Below are positions 39,661-48,869 of a DNA stretch of 64,000 bases, piece by piece. This DNA is from Candidatus Babelota bacterium. Lineage in GTDB: Bacteria; Babelota; Babeliae; Babelales; Vermiphilaceae. The stretch covers positions 47,999 through 111,998 of the forward strand of contig JBMOLF010000007.1 of assembly GCA_049325595.1 (NCBI GenBank), in the 5' to 3' direction. Each line of letters starts with the position of its first letter. The first letter of the stretch is position 1. A program made the position numbers and the translations under genes. Below the pieces are notes generated by a model. That model was not told the DNA's origin, searched no databases, and saw nothing but the letters and a program-made list of their open reading frames with translations.

Positions 39661-41535
39661 TTAACGTAGTTTTTTGACCATATTGATAATTGCTTGCGCG
39701 TCAATTTTTGCCCAGGCAAGAAGTTCTTCTGGTTTACCTGAACGTGGCAATTCAGTTACAGCTAAGCATTCAATAGTAATGTTGTGATTGCGTAGTGCAT
39801 AAGAAATTGCTTGCCCAAAGCCTCCTTGAAGATAATGATCCTCAATGGTGATAACCTTGTTTTGGGCATTTTGCGCTACTTGTACAATTTGATCTACTGG
39901 TAATGGTTTTATGCAATATAAGTCAATTACGCTGATACTAATGCCCTCTTGTGCTAAAAGATCATACGCTTTTAAGGCTTCGTGCAAGGTAATGCCCGCA
40001 CCAATGATACAAGCAATATCATTGCTACTTTGTTTTAACACTTTGCAATGGCCAATCGGAAAATCTTCATATGGTTGATAAAGAATCGGCGTTGCTGATC
40101 GCGTCGTGCGCAAATAAGAAATACCTTGATTATATTCTATCATTTGTTCTACTAATTTTGCCGTGCTCACTGCATCTGAAGGATATAATACTACACTCTT
40201 AGCTAAAGCTTGCATAAGCCCAATGTCTTCTAGTGCCATTTGTGATGGACCATCTTGGCCTATTGATATTCCTGCATGCGAACCTACCAAACGCAAATTG
40301 GCAGTACCGATAGCTGCCATGCGTATTTGATCGTAAGCGCGAGAAAAAAATGCACCGAAGGTTGAAACAAAAGGAATTTTTCCTCTTCGTTCAAGGCCTA
40401 CTGCCATGCCTATCATGTTTTGCTCTGCAACAAAGCATTGTATAAACCGAGCTGGATATTTTTGTTCAAATAATTCTGCCATTGTCGAATTTTTTACTTC
40501 AGCATCAAGGCTTATGATAAATTTGCAATCAGATCCTGCTGTTGCAAGAGACTGTCCATATGCAAGACGCGTAGCAACTTCTTTAGTTGGAGCATATTGT
40601 GGTTCGTGGAATGAAATACCAACGCAATGATTGCGCGATTCAGGAACATCAGCCTGTGGAATTTGCGGATGCCAAGTATAGCCATTACTATAATGTGCTG
40701 CGCTACTAAAGCGAGCTTCCATTTGGGCTAAAATCTCATTAAGTTCTTCTTTTTTAAATGCTTTACCATGAAATCCTTCTTTATTTTCCGCTTTTTCAAC
40801 TCCATAGCCTTTAATGGTTTTGGCAATAATAATGGTGGGATGATGATTTGGTGTACGAGCTTTTTCAAATGCACTCATAATTTGTTGCATGTCATGGCCA
40901 TCGATAATAATTGGCTTCCAGCCAAATGCTGCAAATTTATCAGCATAACGTTGCAAATGATAGCCATGGATAGTTTCAGTACTTTGGCCAAGCCTATTGC
41001 AATCAAGGATAGCAACTAAATTAGAAAGGTGATAATAAGCAGCAATTTCAGCAGCTTCCCATATTGAACCTTCGGTCGATTCACTATCGCCTAAGAGCAC
41101 ATAGGTATAAAAATCTCGGTGATCCATTTTGGCTGATAATGCCATGCCAGCACCAATTGAAAGTCCCATGCCTAAAGAACCAGTTGCTGCTTCAGTACGC
41201 GAAAAGCGTAAAGTTGGATGACCTTCTAACACAGAATTAAATTCTCGATAATGAGCGATATCATCATCAGTTAATATGCCCAATTGTTTCCAAGCCGCAT
41301 AAAAAATAGGCGCTGCATGTCCTTTTGATAAAATAAATCGATCATTATTAGGATTATTAGGGTTATGTGGATCAAAGCGCATTGCGTAAAAAAAAAGAGC
41401 GGCGACCAAATCGGCCGCAGATAATGCAGATGTTGGATGACCTGAGCCTGCAAGGCTTGTCATGACCAGTGAGTCAATGCGCATTTGATAGGCTTTGTGT
41501 TCCAAAAATTTTTTAATTCCGTGCAAAACACTCAT
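39661..41535 (-). CDS. tkt: Transketolase (short, animal-TKT-like clade)
   Basis: SGHPTS, DRFILSKGHAAP, LEGHPT, ATGSLG, GDSE..EGSIWEA ThDP motif, AEQNM, GQDGPSQM; 624 aa. Confidence 0.93.
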   Translation of the reverse strand: MSVLHGIKKFLEHKAYQMRIDSLVMTSLAGSGHPTSALSAADLVAALFFYAMRFDPHNPNNPNNDRFILSKGHAAPIFYAAWKQLGILTDDDIAHYREFNSVLEGHPTLRFSRTEAATGSLGMGLSIGAGMALSAKMDHRDFYTYVLLGDSESTEGSIWEAAEIAAYYHLSNLVAILDCNRLGQSTETIHGYHLQRYADKFAAFGWKPIIIDGHDMQQIMSAFEKARTPNHHPTIIIAKTIKGYGVEKAENKEGFHGKAFKKEELNEILAQMEARFSSAAHYSNGYTWHPQIPQADVPESRNHCVGISFHEPQYAPTKEVATRLAYGQSLATAGSDCKFIISLDAEVKNSTMAELFEQKYPARFIQCFVAEQNMIGMAVGLERRGKIPFVSTFGAFFSRAYDQIRMAAIGTANLRLVGSHAGISIGQDGPSQMALEDIGLMQALAKSVVLYPSDAVSTAKLVEQMIEYNQGISYLRTTRSATPILYQPYEDFPIGHCKVLKQSSNDIACIIGAGITLHEALKAYDLLAQEGISISVIDLYCIKPLPVDQIVQVAQNAQNKVITIEDHYLQGGFGQAISYALRNHNITIECLAVTELPRSGKPEELLAWAKIDAQAIINMVKKLR

Positions 41536-41614
41536 AAATGCACCTCGTAATACTCAACTTTTTATATAGTTGAATATTACGCTAGCATGCACAGTTTTAA
41601 ATAGCAATTAATGA

Positions 41615-41821
41615 TTATTGATAACGGTTAGTCTTCTTGGGATTAGAAGGATTTTGATGGCCTTGTCTGCCATGACCGCGACGCCATTGATCTTTATGAG
41701 CTGAAGTCATAATTCTACTGATTTCTTTAGAGCCTTCAGACATTTTTTTTTCGTTTGAATTCATCAAATTTTTCCAAGATTGACGTAATCGTTGGTTAAC
41801 GCTTTTTATAAATTTTTTCAT
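41615..41821 (-). CDS. Small basic hypothetical protein
   Basis: AAGGAGAG RBS; 68 aa, Lys/Arg/Gln-rich. Confidence 0.5.
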   Translation of the reverse strand: MKKFIKSVNQRLRQSWKNLMNSNEKKMSEGSKEISRIMTSAHKDQWRRGHGRQGHQNPSNPKKTNRYQ

Positions 41822-41966
41822 GTGTGCTCTCCTTGTTTATTACAAATAATAACTTATTTTGACGCATGGTTTCAATGTTTTTGTTTATAAATAAAATAAA
41901 ATTTGGCAAAAAAGGAATTTTGATTTAAGGTAAAAAATATTTTTATCAATAATTTTATTTGTAATT

Positions 41967-42944
41967 ATGCTTTATAAAAACAGTATCCGCTGGTTACGTT
42001 GGCTTACGCGCTTTATCTATTTGCAACTTTTTATAACTCTTATTTCATTGCCCATATTGCTTTGCTGGGGCATTCCTTTATCATTGGCTTCATTCTTGGG
42101 GAATTTATTTTTTGCACCTTTTCTATCGGTGATTCTTTTAATTGCCTCATTTATTTTTTTCTTTCAATTGATTGGTGTTTCAGCTGCCTGGCTTGCTGGA
42201 ATCTTAGAGATTATCATAGCTTTTTGGATGCGTATTTTATCGGTGGGCTCGAATAATTGGCTTATTGGTTTTAAACAGCCTATAGTAATTGTTTTAATAA
42301 TTATTGTTTTGGGAACTCTTGCCATTGTTCATAGCAGAAAGATTAAAAATATATATCAAGGAACTATAGCCTTGAGCTTATTTTTACTACTGATAGTAGG
42401 GCATCTTAAATGGGTACAAGTACCGCAGGTTGTTACTTTTTCAGTACCCTATAAAAATAAAGATCTTCCTGTCGTGTATGCCGAATCTCTTGCTCTTATT
42501 GTTCCCAATATAAATTTTTATCCGTTATCTTCACTGCCTAAATGGATTGAATACACGCTTATTCCAGAATTGGTTAAAAATTGTGGAGTAATGAATCTTG
42601 ATTGTTTAATAATAATCAAAAATAACAATCAAGAAGTTAATGAATTTGTTGAGCTTTTTAAAAGCTACCTTACGGTAAAAAACGTTATGGTAATACGTGT
42701 ATTATCTGATTCTATCATGGTTAATAATGAGCCTATTTTAAATTCGGATTATGAGTATCATGCATCTGATTTTGTAAAAATAATAATCAAAAAAGATGCG
42801 TATTCTAAGTTGTTTGAAATTACGTTAACCATTGACAATAAAACAACGACTCTCTATTCTCCCAAGCTAAGAACACGCACGAAATTCAAGCAAAAAGGGA
42901 GCATTCATGAATCACAAAAAAGTTTTGCTCGTCATTGCCTATGA
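41967..42944 (+). CDS. ComEC/Rec2-like membrane protein (C-terminal part of the Competence domain)
   Basis: QL..TL..LPIL.....SL.S..GNL...P pattern typical of the late ComEC TM region, then a soluble tail without a clear HxHxDH motif. Confidence 0.6.
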   Translation: MLYKNSIRWLRWLTRFIYLQLFITLISLPILLCWGIPLSLASFLGNLFFAPFLSVILLIASFIFFFQLIGVSAAWLAGILEIIIAFWMRILSVGSNNWLIGFKQPIVIVLIIIVLGTLAIVHSRKIKNIYQGTIALSLFLLLIVGHLKWVQVPQVVTFSVPYKNKDLPVVYAESLALIVPNINFYPLSSLPKWIEYTLIPELVKNCGVMNLDCLIIIKNNNQEVNEFVELFKSYLTVKNVMVIRVLSDSIMVNNEPILNSDYEYHASDFVKIIIKKDAYSKLFEITLTIDNKTTTLYSPKLRTRTKFKQKGSIHESQKSFARHCL

Positions 42945-43443
42945 CGGTTATCAACCAGTGGAATATGGTATTCCTAAAAAAACATTGCAGCAAGCAGGTT
43001 TTCAAGTAGTTACTGCAAGTAATAAAGCGGGAATTGCTACGGCTAAAGATCAATCAACAACTAATGTTGATATTACACTTGAGCAGGTAAATGTTGCTGA
43101 TTATGAAGGTATTTTTTTTGTGGGTGGACCAGGAGCTTTAGACAATCTTGATCATGAAGCAAGCTACGATCTTATTAACCAAGCATTTAGGCAAGAAAAA
43201 ATTATTGGTGCCATTTGCATTGCTACGCGAATTTTGGCTGCATCCGGTGTTTTAACGGCACATGCAGCAACCGGATGGGATGGTGATGATAAGCTTGCTG
43301 ATATTTATCGTGAGTATGAAGTTTATTACTTGCCAGATCAAAAAGTAGTAACGCAAGGTAACATTATTACGGCAACAGGGCCTGAGGCAGCACAAGATTT
43401 TGCTGACCAGATAGTGCGTATGCTTACCCGACCTTTACCGTGA
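42907..43443 (+). CDS. DJ-1/PfpI family protein
   Basis: PVEY Glu, FVGGPGA, GAICIA nucleophile elbow, IITATGP. Confidence 0.92.
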   Translation: MNHKKVLLVIAYDGYQPVEYGIPKKTLQQAGFQVVTASNKAGIATAKDQSTTNVDITLEQVNVADYEGIFFVGGPGALDNLDHEASYDLINQAFRQEKIIGAICIATRILAASGVLTAHAATGWDGDDKLADIYREYEVYYLPDQKVVTQGNIITATGPEAAQDFADQIVRMLTRPLP

Positions 43444-44874
43444 TAACCATGAGTAGATTTTTTGCGCTATTTTTATCCATTGATTAGCTTTCGTGCGTTC
43501 AATATATGCTTTTTTTGCAGCTTGCCATATCACATCAGAATAAGCAGGATAAGCGTGCATGACATGGTAAAAATCTACAAAAGAAATATTATATACTTTG
43601 CCTAGTTGCACTTGGCCAATAAGTTCTCCTGCGCGCGCGCCAGCAATATGAGCGCCAATAAGTTTTCCTTTTTTGTTACATATAAAAATGGCACGACCTT
43701 TTTTATTTTGATCGGTAAATGAGCGATCAATGGCCAAATAATCGCGCCGATAAATTTTTATTGAATTGCCATATATTTTTTTAGCTTGGGCAATAGTTAA
43801 GCCCGCATGTGCAAGTTCTGGGTCACAAAAGGTAACCCAGACAATATTGGTATAATCAACCTTCTTTTTAAAAAGGGGAATGCACGCATTGTAAGTTGCA
43901 ATGACTGCTTGATATTCAGCAACATGGCTAAACAGGTAAGGCCCAGCAACATCACCAGCAGCATAAATATTTTTAGTGGTTGTTTGCAACTTGTTATTAA
44001 CAAGAATACCACTTTTTTGATACTCAATGCTCGCAGCTTCTAAGTGAAGATTTTCAATATTAGGAACTCGTCCAGTAGCAACTAATAATTGTTCAGCTTG
44101 AATAATAATGGTGGTGCCAAAGTGCAGCCTGCACTGCAATTTAATAATGTTGTCTTGTTGGGAAACTTCTTTTGCTGTTGCATTTACCAGAATGGTTGCG
44201 CCATCAGCGACTAATTGGTCGTGAACAATTTTTGCAAGTTCTGGTTCTTCTTGCGGTAGAATGTGAGCATGTTGTTCAATTAAATATACTTTTACGCCTA
44301 ATCGCGTAAGTGCACATGCCATTTCTACGCCGACAGGACCAGCGCCGAGAATAATAAGTGATTGAGGTAAGGTAGTTGGTTGAAATAACGTTTGGTTAGT
44401 AAGGTATGGCACTTTTTCAATACCGCTAATGGAAGGAATGGCTGGACGTGAACCAGTGACAATAATAATTTTAGCTGCGGTAATATTACGATTGTTTGTT
44501 TGCAACGTATGGTTATCTAAAAATTGAGGAGCTTCAAAAAGTACGGTAATACCAAGTTTTTCTAATGATTCTGGTGTGTGATTATTAGCAACCTCAGTTA
44601 TAGTTTTTTTTACTAGATCCATAATCAATGACGAGTCGATAGAAAGTGGTTTTTTTGGCAATCCATATTTTTCTGCATGCATAATTTCATGGGCAGCTTG
44701 TGCACAACGCAATATTGTTTTGCTAGGAATGCATCCCGTATTGGTACATTCTCCTCCTAACTTATTTTTTTCAAACAAAATTACTTTTTTACCCATGCCT
44801 GCGGCAAATTTTGAAGCAACAAGTCCCGCCGCACCACCCCCAATAATGGCTATATCGTAATCATATTTTTTCAT
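43435..44874 (-). CDS. Class I pyridine nucleotide-disulfide oxidoreductase (LpdA/MerA-like)
   Basis: GGGAAG, GGECTNTGCIPSK, GAGPVG.E, ATGR.PN, AAGD; C-terminal HAYPAYSD; no MerA C-terminal Cys pair. Confidence 0.92.
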   Translation of the reverse strand: MKKYDYDIAIIGGGAAGLVASKFAAGMGKKVILFEKNKLGGECTNTGCIPSKTILRCAQAAHEIMHAEKYGLPKKPLSIDSSLIMDLVKKTITEVANNHTPESLEKLGITVLFEAPQFLDNHTLQTNNRNITAAKIIIVTGSRPAIPSISGIEKVPYLTNQTLFQPTTLPQSLIILGAGPVGVEMACALTRLGVKVYLIEQHAHILPQEEPELAKIVHDQLVADGATILVNATAKEVSQQDNIIKLQCRLHFGTTIIIQAEQLLVATGRVPNIENLHLEAASIEYQKSGILVNNKLQTTTKNIYAAGDVAGPYLFSHVAEYQAVIATYNACIPLFKKKVDYTNIVWVTFCDPELAHAGLTIAQAKKIYGNSIKIYRRDYLAIDRSFTDQNKKGRAIFICNKKGKLIGAHIAGARAGELIGQVQLGKVYNISFVDFYHVMHAYPAYSDVIWQAAKKAYIERTKANQWIKIAQKIYSWLSR

Positions 44875-45136
44875 ATTTTTTTCCTTTTTTTTAAACATTA
44901 AAAATTATCAACAGCTTGGAGCAATAATTCAGGGAATAATCTTGCAAAATTAGGATAGTTTCTAAAAATCATGAACCAAATAGATTTTGATGCAAAATCT
45001 AAATTCGACCTCTGCATTTTTTATTATTTTGTAAATTTTTTCTTTTATTTCTAATCCTCTTATTCATTGAGATTATATGGCCATATTTGCTATTATAAAA
45101 TAAATTGAGTGTGTAATTAGAAAAAAAGGAAAAAGT

Positions 45137-45841
45137 ATGAAGTTTTCAATGAATAAAAAGTTACTAGCATTAGTAGCGCTTCTTATTTCACTTGTTGGTG
45201 AAATTGATGCGCGAGGTGGCATTGGCTTTGGTATTGGATTTGGTGCTGGCCCTGGCTGGGGTTGGGGTAGAAGAGGTTACTGGGGCGCTCCTGGATGGGG
45301 ATGGGGTCCTGGTATTGGTTTTGGTATAGGGTTTGGTGGTGGTCGCCGTTATTATCGAGAGCCATACTATGATTATTACGATTATGATGATTATTATGAG
45401 CCAGATGTAGTTTACACAACACCACGCCGTAAATATAGAACATACCAATCAAGCTATGAAAACCCAATTACCTTTACCGATGAAGTAGTAACTTATAGCA
45501 ACCCGGGTAATAATCCAGGATCATATAGTTACGAGCCGTATGTAAGTCAAAAACAATATTTAGATCAAACTGGTAGTACTAACTGGAAATTTTACAATGA
45601 CACCCCTTACACAATTCGTATTCGCGCATTGCGTGGTGGTGGGCGTGAAACAATAAAACCAGGCGATTCTAAAGAGGTATCTCGTGGAGAGAGTTTCCAG
45701 TTCTTAGCAAAGTCAGATAAAGGTCATCGGCAATTATTTGAAGGTCAAGATCATAGTATTTCAATCATAGAAGAAAATGGTCAATTAACGGCCGTTGAAA
45801 AAACGAATGGAACTACACTTAACAAGGAGAGTATCAAATGA
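45137..45841 (+). CDS. Secreted Gly/Trp/Tyr-rich protein with C-terminal beta domain
   Basis: Signal peptide IDA-RGG; GFGIGFG and GWGWG repeats; Tyr/Asp stretch; domain FYNDTPY..EENG; AAAGGA RBS. Confidence 0.8.
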   Translation: MKFSMNKKLLALVALLISLVGEIDARGGIGFGIGFGAGPGWGWGRRGYWGAPGWGWGPGIGFGIGFGGGRRYYREPYYDYYDYDDYYEPDVVYTTPRRKYRTYQSSYENPITFTDEVVTYSNPGNNPGSYSYEPYVSQKQYLDQTGSTNWKFYNDTPYTIRIRALRGGGRETIKPGDSKEVSRGESFQFLAKSDKGHRQLFEGQDHSISIIEENGQLTAVEKTNGTTLNKESIK

Positions 45842-46104
45842 AAAAACAATTGATGCTCTTATTTGGGTTAATAGGGTGTTTATCAGCTGAGTTAACCTAT
45901 GCAGCCCCAGTGGGTGTATATTTTGGTTTTGGTGGAACACCATATTATAACTATTACCCTTACTATTACAATTATCCTTCTTGGTATGCGTATAACTACC
46001 CTTATTATTATGGGGTCCCATACAAAGGATTTTATCCCACTCGTTATGCGCGATGCAAATATAAATGCCCAAGACGCAATCGTTGCGTTAGGTCTTGTCG
46101 TTAA
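45838..46104 (+). CDS. Secreted Tyr-rich peptide with Cys/Arg tail
   Basis: AAGGAG RBS, ATGA overlap, signal peptide, YYNYYPYYYNYP, tail RCKYKCPRRNRCVRSCR. Confidence 0.75.
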   Translation: MKKQLMLLFGLIGCLSAELTYAAPVGVYFGFGGTPYYNYYPYYYNYPSWYAYNYPYYYGVPYKGFYPTRYARCKYKCPRRNRCVRSCR

Positions 46105-46127
46105 AAATTTTTTAAAGGAGAGAGAAA

Positions 46128-46505
46128 ATGAAGAAATTATTAGTTAATGCATTTTTTATGATGTTAGTTCTTGTAGCAATGAGTATTGATGCACGTGGTG
46201 GTCATGGTGGCGGTGGCCGTGGTGGATTCCATGGCGGTGGTCATCGTGGTGGCGGATTCCATCATGGCGGTGGTCACGGCGGTTATCATCATGGCGGACA
46301 TGCTGGTTACCATCATGGTGGTTATGGGCGTCGTGGCTATTATGGTGGCGGCTACTATGGCGGCGGTTACTGGGGCCCAGGTTGGGGCTATGGCGCAGGT
46401 TTAGCAACCGGTGCTGTTATTGGCGCTGCTGCTTCATCAGGTAACGGTGATACAGTTATTGTTGATGAAAATCCAGAATATGTAGAAGAAGCTGATTCAT
46501 ATTAA
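46128..46505 (+). CDS. Secreted Gly/His/Tyr-rich protein
   Basis: AAGGAG RBS; signal peptide IDA-RGG; GGFHHGG repeats; GLATGAVIGAAA glycine zipper; acidic tail. Confidence 0.8.
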   Translation: MKKLLVNAFFMMLVLVAMSIDARGGHGGGGRGGFHGGGHRGGGFHHGGGHGGYHHGGHAGYHHGGYGRRGYYGGGYYGGGYWGPGWGYGAGLATGAVIGAAASSGNGDTVIVDENPEYVEEADSY

Positions 46506-46525
46506 GAATAAAGCAAGGGTCAGTA

Positions 46526-46789
46526 ATGAAAAAGCTACTAATTATTTTTATGCTGATAACGATTGCCAGCACCATTAATGCGCTTGATTATAGTGATGCA
46601 GAGTATGATAATCAATTTAATCAAACGAATATGCAGCCAGAACAATCGGTATATACCAATAGTTATTATGGTACCCCATCATTGGGTATAGGTGGTAATC
46701 AACCATTACAAAATAATCAGCAAATACCGTCAGCTGATCCTTATGCAACGCCCGAATATCCGTACACTGATGCGGATATTATTGAATAA
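46526..46789 (+). CDS. Secreted Gln/Asn/Tyr/Pro-rich acidic peptide
   Basis: Signal peptide INA-LDY; low-complexity acidic mature region. Confidence 0.7.
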   Translation: MKKLLIIFMLITIASTINALDYSDAEYDNQFNQTNMQPEQSVYTNSYYGTPSLGIGGNQPLQNNQQIPSADPYATPEYPYTDADIIE

Positions 46790-46804
46790 AAAAGGTTTTT
46801 TATC

Positions 46805-47950
46805 ATGAATAGAAAGTCAACATTTTTAGCCCTTATACTTTTAGCATTAAGTATTGTGGGGTTACAAATAACTACGCGAGACGGTCGCGGCGGTGGTCGT
46901 GGCGGTGGCGGAGGTTTTCGCGGTGGCGCAGCCATGCGTGGAGGCGGTTTTAGAGGTGGTGGTTTTGCAGGTGGCCAAATAAGTCGTCCTGGTGGATTCC
47001 GTGGTGGTAGTGTCGGAGCTGCACGTGGTGGTTTTACTAGACCTAGTTTTGGAGCAGGCAGAACAATTTCAAGGCCGGTAGGGCCAACTCGTTTTGTTGG
47101 CACACGTCCGGCTGGTATATCACGACCAATTAGTCGTCCAGGTTTTCAACGTCCTATCGGAATACGACCAGGCGTTACCAGACCAATTGGTACCATAAGA
47201 CCTGGAATTTCACGACCAATTGGCGCTCGTCCGGGAATAGTAAGCCCAGGTATTATTACAAGGCCTGGCATACGTCCTGGCGCACCAGGATTACGACCAG
47301 GTGTTGGGCGCCCAATCGGCACGAGACCTGGAATTGGACGGCCGGGAATAGGTAGACCCGGATTACGTCCCGGCGGTGTAAGACCAGGAGGTATTCGTCC
47401 AGGACTTTCACGACCTGGATTAGTAAAACCAGGAGCAGGAAGGTTTTATGCTGGCAAATTTGCAAAACATGGATTAGTGTCACCTAAATTTGGTAATCAA
47501 TGGCAATGGAGACGAGGTTTTCACCATAGACACGCATTCCATGATTTTAGATTTGGTTTTGCTCCCTATTGGTGGAATTGGAGTTTATGGGGGCCTTGGT
47601 GGTTACCGTGGTGGTGGTATCCATGGTTTGATTATTATGATCCATCAGTTAATGTAACAGTAGCTCCACAAGAGCCAACTCAATATGTGGTAACTGAATC
47701 ATATGTTGAACCTGAATATAAAGATTATTACCTGGTAACTAATAAAACATCGGATTATATTTTTGTAATTCCAGTTGATGGCGGCAATGGAGTAATTATT
47801 GCCCCACAAGAAACTAAATCAGTTTCACGTGATCCTGAATATAAGTTACGCGTTGAAACAACACAAGGTGATTCAACTGAAATTCAAACGGATGCACGTA
47901 AACTAGAGATTTATGAAGAAAATGGATTGATTCAAATTGCGCAGGTATAG
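46805..47950 (+). CDS. Secreted RGG/RPG-repeat protein with Trp-rich segment and C-terminal beta domain
   Basis: Signal peptide; RGG boxes; about 15 RPG units; WWNWSLWGPWWLPWWWYPW; C-terminal domain similar to 45137. Confidence 0.8.
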   Translation: MNRKSTFLALILLALSIVGLQITTRDGRGGGRGGGGGFRGGAAMRGGGFRGGGFAGGQISRPGGFRGGSVGAARGGFTRPSFGAGRTISRPVGPTRFVGTRPAGISRPISRPGFQRPIGIRPGVTRPIGTIRPGISRPIGARPGIVSPGIITRPGIRPGAPGLRPGVGRPIGTRPGIGRPGIGRPGLRPGGVRPGGIRPGLSRPGLVKPGAGRFYAGKFAKHGLVSPKFGNQWQWRRGFHHRHAFHDFRFGFAPYWWNWSLWGPWWLPWWWYPWFDYYDPSVNVTVAPQEPTQYVVTESYVEPEYKDYYLVTNKTSDYIFVIPVDGGNGVIIAPQETKSVSRDPEYKLRVETTQGDSTEIQTDARKLEIYEENGLIQIAQV

Positions 47951-47973
47951 CGTAGACACTGTGCGATGGGTAT

Positions 47974-48004
47974 AGGGGTGCTTTAAATGGCACCCCTTTT
48001 TTTT
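47974..48004. terminator. Intrinsic terminator closing the low-complexity cluster
   Basis: AGGGGTGC-loop-GCACCCCT then T run. Confidence 0.85.
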
Positions 48005-48683
48005 ATGTTGATGCAGATTTTTTTGTGATTGATTTATATTGGTTATGCCAGTTTTTATAGCCAACCTTATATTCTTTATTATGAGAATATTGATTCATTA
48101 ATTGTTTATAAAGATGGCAAATTTTTTTTGCATGACTTCGTGAGATTAAAGATATTTTATTAAGTTTTGTTAATCGTTGCTTAAGGGATTCATTAATTTG
48201 GCAAATATGTGAAACGACCTCGTGATTAAGTGAAGCTTCAATAACAGATTCATCAATAATGGCATATTCAGATAAAAGACGATTAGTTGTCAGCAAGTAA
48301 CCATTTTCTACCGCATGTTGTAATAAAGTTTTGTTATTTATTTTTAAATTTGCATCAAATGATTTGCCTGTTTTGCGTAATGTACTGATAGCCAGGTTTA
48401 ATCGTGCAAGAACCAAGTAATCAATATGTTCTTGTAGCGCTTGTAAAGAAATTACTTTTTTTTGATTTCGGGATAGTTTAGGCAAAGTAGGAATGAGCTG
48501 CTTTAACAAAAAATGGCTCGAAAGCAACGAAAAATTAGGATCTTTTTTGATTGAGTAATTTAATTTTTTTAAATATTTCTGTTCTTGTTTATGATCTAAA
48601 TTTAACTGATTCAATATTTTTGATGGACCAGTTGCAGAGCTTTTTACACAGAAAAATAAGAGCGAGATTGCTAGTAAGCGCAT
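48003..48683 (-). CDS. Secreted basic protein with one ankyrin-like repeat
   Basis: Signal peptide; KTLLQHAVENG..LL; AAAGGGA RBS. Confidence 0.6.
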   Translation of the reverse strand: MRLLAISLLFFCVKSSATGPSKILNQLNLDHKQEQKYLKKLNYSIKKDPNFSLLSSHFLLKQLIPTLPKLSRNQKKVISLQALQEHIDYLVLARLNLAISTLRKTGKSFDANLKINNKTLLQHAVENGYLLTTNRLLSEYAIIDESVIEASLNHEVVSHICQINESLKQRLTKLNKISLISRSHAKKICHLYKQLMNQYSHNKEYKVGYKNWHNQYKSITKKSAST

Positions 48684-48869
48684 TTGTTCCCTTTTTATTA
48701 TATCCCGATCTTAATATTCTATTAAATTTAGTTGTTTATCAACAATTCTTTACGAAGATTAGGTTCTTGTGATATCTAATTAATTAGTCAAAAAATATGG
48801 CTATATATTCAAAATTGACAAATTGAATATATTTGATATCATAATTAATGAAAATAAATGGAGGATATT

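Noticed and set aside
43435..44874. Mercuric reductase MerA or a true E3 subunit
   Set aside because: No C-terminal Cys-Cys, no NmerA domain or mer genes; the HPTxxE motif is altered and no E1/E2 genes are adjacent.
44898..45017. 39-aa minus-strand sORF upstream of the oxidoreductase
   Set aside because: No clear RBS, no motif, and within the length expected by chance.
45183..47483. Overlapping antisense and alternate-frame ORFs (45183, 45188, 45785, 45899, 46156, 46186, 46741, 47256)
   Set aside because: Shadows of repetitive Gly/Tyr codons; the chosen frames have RBS and signal peptides.
46128..47500. High-GC patch as horizontally acquired DNA
   Set aside because: Explained by Gly/Arg/Pro codons; third positions remain mostly A/T.
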